Shown: one piece after another, positions 57,237-64,000 of the stretch
Position numbering within the stretch: the first letter of the stretch is position 1
How the letters are laid out: every line of letters starts with the position of its first letter
IMG/VR virus record: IMGVR_UViG_3300046782_000589
Origin: a virus
Reading direction: 5' to 3' (one strand)
Length of the DNA: 64,000 nucleotides
Made by a program: the position numbers and the translations under genes
Notes under the pieces: model-generated
The model's database searches: none
What the model was told of the DNA's origin: nothing
The model's input: the letters and a program-made list of their open reading frames with translations, nothing else

Positions 57237-57958
57237 TGTTCGACGAGAAGATCTATTTCGACATGGTGCGGGTATCGCTGTTCGGCGGCGAGCTGAACCA
57301 GGGCCAGGTCAACGGGCAGAAGTTCATCCTGGCGTCGTGGGAGCGCGACCCGACGACCACGGACCTGCGCTGGCTCGCCTACTCACTGGCAACTACACTT
57401 CATGAAACTGCAAAAACGATGCTGCCGATCGAGGAGTACGGCAAGGGCAAGGGGCAGCCCTACGGCCTGAAGGATCCGGTTACGGGCCAGGCCTATTACG
57501 GCCGCGGGTTCGTGCAGCTGACGTGGAAGGAGAACTATCGCAAGGCCGATCGGGAGCTGGGGCTTGAGGGCGACCGGTCGTGCGAACTGCGTGCCGATAA
57601 TGCGCTCAACCCGGAGATCGCTGCCGACATCATGTTCAAGGGCATGGCCGACGGCTGGTTTCGCGGAGACGCAAAGGGCCGGCACACGCTGTTGCGCTAT
57701 TTCGACCACGTCACCGACGATCCGTTCAACGCCAGGAACATCATCAATGGCGATCGCAACACGGTGCCGGACTGGTCTGGAGGCAAGTCGATCGGCAAGC
57801 TGATCGCCGGATACCATGACAAGTTCATGGATGCGGTGGATGCGGCCTGGGTGGAGTCTCCAGTGCCGGTCGAGCCAAATCCGGAGGTGGCTGTGGTTGA
57901 CATCACGACCGTCGGCAACGTCACCATCAGGATCAACGGGAAGACCATCGAATGGTAG
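57236..57958 (+). CDS. Endolysin, GH19-like
   Basis: LATTLHET, YYGRGFVQLTWKENY, ARNIING. Confidence 0.85.
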   Translation: MFDEKIYFDMVRVSLFGGELNQGQVNGQKFILASWERDPTTTDLRWLAYSLATTLHETAKTMLPIEEYGKGKGQPYGLKDPVTGQAYYGRGFVQLTWKENYRKADRELGLEGDRSCELRADNALNPEIAADIMFKGMADGWFRGDAKGRHTLLRYFDHVTDDPFNARNIINGDRNTVPDWSGGKSIGKLIAGYHDKFMDAVDAAWVESPVPVEPNPEVAVVDITTVGNVTIRINGKTIEW

Positions 57959-58245
57959 ATCCCGTCACCATAACCAAGGCGGCTGGCGGCTTCACCCGGG
58001 TGATGCAAAACGAGCCACTCAGTCTTGCGCTTTGCGTCATGAACTTCGCATTGATCGGATTCATGTATTTCCAATCGACGCAGTTCAACACCCAGCGAGT
58101 CGACAATGTAAAATTGTTCACCGACGTGCAGCGCGAGGTGCAGAAGCTGTTGAGCGAGTGCATCGTCCCGCCGCGTCAGCAGCGTGGTGGATTGCCAGTC
58201 GATCCGGAAGCGCCTACCAATATCTCTCACCCCGGCGAGAGGTAA
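57952..58245 (+). CDS. Putative holin
   Basis: Single TM segment (LSLALCVMNFALIGFMYF); overlaps the endolysin stop. Confidence 0.45.
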   Translation: MVDPVTITKAAGGFTRVMQNEPLSLALCVMNFALIGFMYFQSTQFNTQRVDNVKLFTDVQREVQKLLSECIVPPRQQRGGLPVDPEAPTNISHPGER

Positions 58246-58251
58246 ATTTAC

Positions 58252-58524
58252 ATGAAGACGTGTCCTTGCTGCGGCCAGTCCCTGCCCGAGAAGCGTCTGG
58301 GCGTGCGCCTGACGCCGCTCAAGGCGCGCATCTTCGATGCCGTCAGGCTTGCCGGCGACGACGGCGTCATGACCGATGACTTGTACAATGAAATTTACGC
58401 TGACCGGCGGTGCGAGATCAGCACGCTCAAGGCACACATCTGGCAGATCAACGATGTGATCGCCGACGAGGGTTATCGGATCAGCAACAAGAAGTTCGGC
58501 TACGTGTTGAGGAGGCTGTCATGA
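58252..58524 (+). CDS. OmpR-type winged-helix protein with N-terminal CPCC
   Basis: LTPLKARIF...LKAHIWQIN...KFGYVL. Confidence 0.65.
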   Translation: MKTCPCCGQSLPEKRLGVRLTPLKARIFDAVRLAGDDGVMTDDLYNEIYADRRCEISTLKAHIWQINDVIADEGYRISNKKFGYVLRRLS

Positions 58525-58733
58525 TTGCCATAGCCTTGAACGTACTATGGTTTTTGATCGGCTTGATCGTGCTGGCCGGGATCGTGTACCTGGCCATATG
58601 GGTTGTGGAATCCTTCATCTATCCGATTCCCGAGATGGTGAAGAAGGGAATCTGGGTGATTATCTTGCTTCTCGCTCTCATCGCCCTGCTGACCGTGGGA
58701 GGTGGCACGATGCACTTTCCCTCGCTCCGATGA
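58521..58733 (+). CDS. Small two-TM membrane protein
   Basis: GGAGG RBS; two hydrophobic helices. Confidence 0.7.
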   Translation: MIAIALNVLWFLIGLIVLAGIVYLAIWVVESFIYPIPEMVKKGIWVIILLLALIALLTVGGGTMHFPSLR

Positions 58734-58806
58734 GAGTCAGGTAGATCCGTTGCCGCCGTATCCACCGCGTCCACCGGATATCTGTAAAAATTGCTAGGAG
58801 ATTGAC

Positions 58807-59109
58807 ATGGCACTTACCAAACGCGCGCGGATCATGGTGTGGGCGACGGCTGATGGCCGACTCAATAGTTTTACTTTCGACTTGCTGACTGCACCCTATT
58901 GGGTCGGCACCGCGCAGCCGGGCGGCCAAGGCGGTCGAATGGGCACCTGGTTTGCCGACAAGTCACCGCCTGGTCCGGCACCGGTTGGCGTGGCGGTGAT
59001 CAGCGGTGCTGATTCGGCGTCGCTCGCTGGCACTGTGGTCACCATCAACGTGCCGATCATGCCTAACAATTCAATCTACCACGTCGTGCTGGATTGCCTG
59101 TTTGCTTAA
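58807..59109 (+). CDS. Hypothetical virion-associated protein
   Basis: AGGAG RBS; 100 aa. Confidence 0.65.
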   Translation: MALTKRARIMVWATADGRLNSFTFDLLTAPYWVGTAQPGGQGGRMGTWFADKSPPGPAPVGVAVISGADSASLAGTVVTINVPIMPNNSIYHVVLDCLFA

Positions 59110-59121
59110 GAATTTCTTAAC
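59106..59121. promoter_or_regulatory. CtrA-type box upstream of the scaffold/capsid operon
   Basis: TTAA-GAATTTC-TTAAC. Confidence 0.75.
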
Positions 59122-59168
59122 AATTAGCGGTTAGCCTTCTCACAGCTCACACCGTGAGGAGGATTTCT

Positions 59169-59924
59169 ATGGCTGCGTTGAAGACGAAAGAGAACGTCGA
59201 GCACAACGTCACCTTCGCCAAGGGTGGCAACACCAAGATGTTCACCAAGCAGGCCGCGGAGCCCGCGGAGTCCGGCGTGACGGTCGACAAGTCGGGTAAC
59301 GATTCTGCGCCCGGTCCGAAATACGCCGCCGGTGGCTCGACCAAGATGTTCGGCTTCAACGGCGCGCAGGCGGCCAAGGCGGGCATCACGGGGGCGCGCT
59401 GATGCCTCCCCCGCAAGGTCCGATCATGCGGCTGGCGCGCCGCGTGTCGGGACCCAAGCCCATGCCGATGGACCCGAACAAGGCCGTGATGGCGGCGCCA
59501 CGGCTGCGTCCGACTACGACGCGCGAGTACGGCAAGGGCGGCACGCCGCTGTCAGGTGCTCCTGACATGGGCGTGCGCGGCGCCGGTATCGGCTACGGAG
59601 GCTATAATCCCAATGTTCCACAGTAAGCCGTTCAAGAAGGATCTCACGCCGTTCGCCAAGGGCGGCAAGGTCGTCAAGCACGTCGGCAAGGGTGCGCGCG
59701 AGCAGTCGAACAGCAGCTTCGGATCGCTGACCGGTGGCGATGCGATGGCGCGCATGGCGAACAACTATCCCAAGACACCAGCAGGTCCGGCGCCGACGGA
59801 GAGCATGGGCGGGCCGCCTCTTGGATCGTCGCCGGTCCCGATGGGCACGCGGCCGCCGGGAGCCCCGACGGCGATGATGCCTCCTGCTGCTGGAGGTGAG
59901 CCGGACGAGGACGATGCTGCGTGA
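59169..59924 (+). other. Three small Gly/Pro-rich genes with [FY]xKGG motifs (59169-59402, 59402-59626, 59613-59924)
   Basis: Coupled starts and stops with RBSs; FAKGG, YAAGG, YGKGG, FAKGG. Confidence 0.65.
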
Positions 59925-60133
59925 GCTCGATAACCGATCTGGTGACCAAGGCACGCTTTCTGCGCAACGCTTCGCCCCGGGCCTACGACGAATTTTGTGT
60001 GGCGTTTGCCAATTATTCCGTGAATGCGCTCGATGCACTGGTTATGGCAACTGACGATTTGCAGTTGCAGCAGGGTTATGTGCGGCAATGCCGCACCATT
60101 ATGAAAGCGCTTGAGGAGGCCAAGAATGGTTGA
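59921..60133 (+). CDS. Hypothetical protein
   Basis: GTGA overlap; 70 aa. Confidence 0.6.
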   Translation: MSSITDLVTKARFLRNASPRAYDEFCVAFANYSVNALDALVMATDDLQLQQGYVRQCRTIMKALEEAKNG

Positions 60134-61145
60134 CGTCGCCGTTGATCAAAAACCGCTGTCCAAGTTGCCGTATGACACCGACGACATCCCCGATGCTGTG
60201 AAGCAGCGGGTCGCCGCGGTCGAGGCGCTGTACACTCCCTCGAACGGACAGCCTGCAGCTTCCGAATTCCCTTCGCAGGCGCCGAAGGCCGAACCAGCCG
60301 CACCCTCCCCAGCCACGGCTGCTACCCCATCGGCGTCTGCGGACCCGCTCGATGAAAATGATCTGAGCTGGAAGCATCGGTTCCTGGCGATGCAGGGTCG
60401 TCATATTGCGACTACCAAGACGATCGGTGAGATGCAGGAGCAGATGAACCAGCTTGCTAGCGAGCTGATGCTCACCCAGCAGCAGGCACGAGCGCAGCCG
60501 AAGCCGCGGCAGCCGCAGCAGACTTATCTGACTGACCAGGATGTCGAGAATTACGGGTCCGAGCTGATCGACGTCACCCAGCGTGCAGCGCTGCAGGCGA
60601 TCCAGCCGCAACTGCAGGCGGTCGAGGCGCAGAATGTCGAACTGCAGCGGCGACTGGCGATCGAGGCGCGACGGCGACTCGACCAGGCGGTCGAGCTCTC
60701 GGTGCCGGACTACAAGGAGATCGATCGCAATCCGCGCTGGCACCGCTGGCTGCTCGGTGTTGACGTTTTGTCAGGACGTGTTAGACAGCAATTGTTGAAC
60801 GAGGCTATCTCAGCGGCTTCGGCCCCTAGAGTAATCTCGTTCTTCAGAGGCTTCCAAAACGAGGAAGCAGCCACGGGCCACATCGAGCCAGCGCCATCCT
60901 CCCAGCAGCCAGCGGCTCCTAGGGAAGCGGCGATACCACTGGCTTCTTTAGCGGCTCCTGGACGGGCAAGGCCGGCGACCGGTGGCGACACCTTGTTTCC
61001 GCCCGACAAACCCATTTACTCACGCGCCCAGATCGCACAGCTGTACCGCCTTAAGCAAAAAGGCGCGTATGTCGGTCGCGAGCCTGAATGGGCTCGCCAG
61101 GAACTCGACATTATCGCAGCAGGCAACGAAGGGCGCATCCGGTAA
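60126..61145 (+). CDS. Putative scaffolding protein
   Basis: Coiled-coil protein directly upstream of the capsid gene; C-terminal WARQELDIIAAGNEGRIR. Confidence 0.7.
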   Translation: MVDVAVDQKPLSKLPYDTDDIPDAVKQRVAAVEALYTPSNGQPAASEFPSQAPKAEPAAPSPATAATPSASADPLDENDLSWKHRFLAMQGRHIATTKTIGEMQEQMNQLASELMLTQQQARAQPKPRQPQQTYLTDQDVENYGSELIDVTQRAALQAIQPQLQAVEAQNVELQRRLAIEARRRLDQAVELSVPDYKEIDRNPRWHRWLLGVDVLSGRVRQQLLNEAISAASAPRVISFFRGFQNEEAATGHIEPAPSSQQPAAPREAAIPLASLAAPGRARPATGGDTLFPPDKPIYSRAQIAQLYRLKQKGAYVGREPEWARQELDIIAAGNEGRIR

Positions 61146-61202
61146 ACCGGGGGTCGCCCGTCAAACCATGTGCAGTGGCCCCCATGCATAAGGGCCACCA
61201 CG

Positions 61203-62207
61203 ATGCCTATTACGGCTGCTCCCTTCGGTATCGCTACCAGCGGTACGACACCTCCACTGACTCCGGTCGGATCGACCGCCAACACGCTGCAGGCAACCGG
61301 GTTTATTCCGGAGATCTGGTCGGCGAAGCTGGTGGAGAAGTTCTACGCCTCGACCGTTCTTTCGGCGATTTCGAACACCGACTACGAGGGCGAGATACAG
61401 AACATGGGCGATCGTGTGAAAATTCGCACGAAGCCGACGATCACCATCAAGGACTACCTGGCGGACGGCCTGCTTGGCCTTGATCGCCCGTCCGGCGGCT
61501 CGATCGAGCTCTACATCAACATCGGCAAGTATTTCTCGCTGATTCTCGACGACGTGATGGAGATCCAGTCCGATCTCAACGTGCTGTCGATGTGGTCAGA
61601 CGATGCTGCCCAGCAGCTCAAGATCACGGTCGACCGCGACGTTCTCGGCGGCATCGTCAATGGCGCGCACGCCAAGAACCGGGGTTTGACTGCCGGTTTG
61701 ATCGGCGGTCCGATCAGTCTTGGCGTCAAGGGCACGCCGCTGACGGTGGCGAAGACACCCACTGCTGGCCAGGTCGACATCCTGGAAGTGCTGCTTCGCA
61801 TGGGCCAGTGCCTCGACGAGCAGAACATCCCGGAGGAAGGCCGCTGGGTGGTGATGTCGGCGGCTGCCGGGCGTTACCTCAAGCAGAGCGAGTTGCGGCA
61901 GGCTTACTTGTCGGGTGATCCGGTTTCGATGCTGCGCAATGGTCGTCTCGGCATGGTCGACCGGTTCACGATTTACATCTCCAACCTGCTGCCATCGCTT
62001 TCCACCGACGCGACCAACTTCGCGGCTGGTGAGCAGCCGATATTTGCTGGTCATGCTCATGGGTTAACATTCGCATCGCAAATCAGTAAGGTCGAGACGC
62101 TCAGAAGCGAGCTCACGTTCGGGCAGATCCTGCGCGGCCTGCAGGTTTATGGCTATCAGATTGTGGACCCAACCGCGCTCGCGGAAGCCCACATCATCTT
62201 GGCTTAA
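61203..62207 (+). CDS. Major capsid protein
   Basis: FIPEIWSAKLVEKFY...NTDYEGEI...GDRVKIRT; FGQILRGLQVYG. Confidence 0.85.
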   Translation: MPITAAPFGIATSGTTPPLTPVGSTANTLQATGFIPEIWSAKLVEKFYASTVLSAISNTDYEGEIQNMGDRVKIRTKPTITIKDYLADGLLGLDRPSGGSIELYINIGKYFSLILDDVMEIQSDLNVLSMWSDDAAQQLKITVDRDVLGGIVNGAHAKNRGLTAGLIGGPISLGVKGTPLTVAKTPTAGQVDILEVLLRMGQCLDEQNIPEEGRWVVMSAAAGRYLKQSELRQAYLSGDPVSMLRNGRLGMVDRFTIYISNLLPSLSTDATNFAAGEQPIFAGHAHGLTFASQISKVETLRSELTFGQILRGLQVYGYQIVDPTALAEAHIILA

Positions 62208-62232
62208 ATAAAGGTTGACGCGGCAGATCGGC

Positions 62233-63069
62233 ATGACTCACTTCCATTTCATCGCCGGTCTGCCACGTTCCGGATCGACTCTATTATCCGCTATTCTGCG
62301 GCAGAATCCGCGTATCACCACTGGTGTCACGTCGCCCGTCAACAACATGGTGTCAGCCATGCTGCGGGCCGTATCAAACGACAACGAGGCTGCGGTTTTC
62401 ATCAGCGACGAGCAACGTGAGCGGGTGTTGCGCGGTATATTTACCGAGTTCTACCAGGGTGCTGACATTGTGTTTGACACCAACCGGGCGTGGCCGAGCA
62501 AGTTGCCGTTGCTCGTCCGGCTGTTTCCGGAGTGTCGGGTCATCTGCTGTGTTCGTGACGTTGCCTTGATCGTGGATTCTTTCGAACGCATGTTTCGCAA
62601 CAACCCTTTGGCGTTGTCCAAGATCGTCAAATACAGCCCCGACACGACGGTATATTCGCGTGTGCAGATATTGCGGGCTGGAGGGGTGGTCGGGTTTGCC
62701 CTGGATGCATTGCGCGACGGGGTCTACAGCGAGCATTCCGATCGTCTTTTGCTGGTCGAGTATGACGCGCTGGTCAATTGGCCAGATGTTGTCCTGGATG
62801 CGGTGTACCATTGGGTCGACCTGCCGCGTTTTGCGCACGACTTCGATAATGTCGAGCAGATACCGGGTACCGAGGAAGCTGATCTCCGGCTTGGGTTGCC
62901 GGGGTTGCACAAGTTGCGGCGCAAGGTTGGGTGGGTCAAAAAAGCGACCGTGCTCCCGCCGGATCTGCTCGATTCGTTTCCGATGCCGTTCTGGCGGACG
63001 GAGGATCACGCCGCGTTGGTTATTTCCTGTCCGGAGCCCAAACCGGCGCTTGTCGCGACTGGCGCTTAA
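62233..63069 (+). CDS. Sulfotransferase
   Basis: 5'-PSB loop FIAGLPRSGSTLLSAILRQNP; VICCVRD; LLLVEYDALV. Confidence 0.85.
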   Translation: MTHFHFIAGLPRSGSTLLSAILRQNPRITTGVTSPVNNMVSAMLRAVSNDNEAAVFISDEQRERVLRGIFTEFYQGADIVFDTNRAWPSKLPLLVRLFPECRVICCVRDVALIVDSFERMFRNNPLALSKIVKYSPDTTVYSRVQILRAGGVVGFALDALRDGVYSEHSDRLLLVEYDALVNWPDVVLDAVYHWVDLPRFAHDFDNVEQIPGTEEADLRLGLPGLHKLRRKVGWVKKATVLPPDLLDSFPMPFWRTEDHAALVISCPEPKPALVATGA

Positions 63070-63080
63070 CCCTTTCTTAA
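63066..63080. promoter_or_regulatory. CtrA-type box upstream of the head-completion genes
   Basis: TTAA-CCCTTTC-TTAA. Confidence 0.7.
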
Positions 63081-63088
63081 GAATCTCC

Positions 63089-63120
63089 CTCTAGGCTCCG
63101 CTGCGCAGCGGAGCCTAGAG
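63089..63120. repeat. Perfect 32-bp palindrome
   Basis: CTCTAGGCTCCGCTGC|GCAGCGGAGCCTAGAG. Confidence 0.9.
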
Positions 63121-63122
63121 CA

Positions 63123-63572
63123 ATGGCAACAAGCCCTTCCTATCACGGTGATTACGGCAACGAGGAGCAGCCGACCTACAACACCGTGGCCGACTACGTT
63201 GCCGATGCCCGGACGATCCTGCAGGACCTGATTCCGGACTACCGCTACGAAGATCCCAGCATGTTGACAGCGCTCAATGCGGCGATGCTTGAGGCACGCC
63301 GGATCAAGCCGGAGCTGTTTGTCTACAACTGGGAAGTCGGCGGGCAGGTGCAGTCGTTCACTGCGGTCGACGACACCTACGTGGCGATCGAGCCGCAGTT
63401 CCGGTTGGCCATTGTGCATGGTGTGATCGGTCACGCGCTTGAGCGTGACCAGGAGGACTACCAGGACCAGCGGGCCACGTCGTTCCTGGCATTGTTCACG
63501 CAAGGGCTGGTCGGCAAGGCGCTTGGTGCAATTGTCGGCGGCTCGTCGCCGAAAGGCAAGGGTGGTGGTTGA
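63123..63572 (+). CDS. Putative head-tail adaptor protein
   Basis: VADARTILQD...RYEDPSMLTALNAAM...KPELF pattern; position after the capsid gene. Confidence 0.6.
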   Translation: MATSPSYHGDYGNEEQPTYNTVADYVADARTILQDLIPDYRYEDPSMLTALNAAMLEARRIKPELFVYNWEVGGQVQSFTAVDDTYVAIEPQFRLAIVHGVIGHALERDQEDYQDQRATSFLALFTQGLVGKALGAIVGGSSPKGKGGG

Positions 63573-64000
63573 TGCCAAAGAAAAACGAGTTCAATGCCTA
63601 CTGGGCCAAGCTGATCGGCCAGGCCAAGGTGGCTCTGATCGGTTCGTCCGACGCACAATTGAAGATCCAGCTGTTTGACACGCTGGATGAATTTTTCGAC
63701 GGCTCGAATTGCTGGACCGAGAACATCGGCATCACGGTGATACCGGAAACGCTCGATTATCCACTCAAGCCGATCGGCGGGCGGATCTTGCGGCTGGATG
63801 CGGTACTCAACCAGTACAACATGCAAGAACAGGCGATCATGCCGGATATCGGCACGGTGCATTTTCTTTATCCGTTCAGCCAAACCCAGCCGATGACGGC
63901 GATCGTTGTAAAAACCGTTACCGATCCGTTGATGTGCTATCCGCCTTATATCCCGGACTGGATACTGCCGAAGCATTCGCTGACGCTGCTGCACGGCATC
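63572..64000 (+). CDS. Putative head-completion/tail protein, 3'-truncated
   Basis: Start overlaps the previous stop (TGATG); open to the window end. Not called in the ORF track. Confidence 0.6.
   Translation, partial: MPKKNEFNAYWAKLIGQAKVALIGSSDAQLKIQLFDTLDEFFDGSNCWTENIGITVIPETLDYPLKPIGGRILRLDAVLNQYNMQEQAIMPDIGTVHFLYPFSQTQPMTAIVVKTVTDPLMCYPPYIPDWILPKHSLTLLHGI

Noticed and set aside
1-64000. tRNA, rRNA, integrase, transposase, reverse transcriptase/DGR, tape measure protein
   Set aside because: None recognised by eye; tRNAscan-SE and HMM searches were not run, so small elements could be missed.

Overview
The window is most of the genome of a high-GC, podovirus-like tailed phage, apparently circularly permuted: it starts inside a tail-fibre gene and ends inside a head-completion gene. 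The host is probably an alphaproteobacterium (four perfect TTAA-N7-TTAA CtrA-type boxes; a VPGP-type PEP-CTERM-like protein). Layout: tail fibres with collagen-like repeats, tail proteins and three very large putative ejection proteins (1-24.7 kb, +); replication module with primase-helicase, SSB-like protein, SNF2 helicase, VRR-NUC, PD-(D/E)XK nuclease and family A DNA polymerase (24.7-34.4 kb, -); small early genes with repeated operators (36-46 kb, -); an AT-rich iteron-like control region (46.2-47.05 kb); terminase genes (-) divergent from portal, glycosyltransferases, lysis genes, scaffold, major capsid and a sulfotransferase (51.6-64 kb, +). The standout is 34.38-35.87 kb: a lone RAMP/Cas7-like gene flanked by four arrays of strictly phased 5-nt units (GGY + variable NN; 158 units in total). 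It looks like an RNA-guided system with a non-contiguous guide code and resembles what I recall being reported as VIPR; it is not a CRISPR array. Other leads: a virion glycosylation/sulfation module paired with Thr-rich collagen-like proteins, CtrA-type late-gene control, a recurring [FYM]xxGG peptide motif, and two genome-wide palindromic motifs. All family assignments come from motif recognition by eye; no database searches were run.
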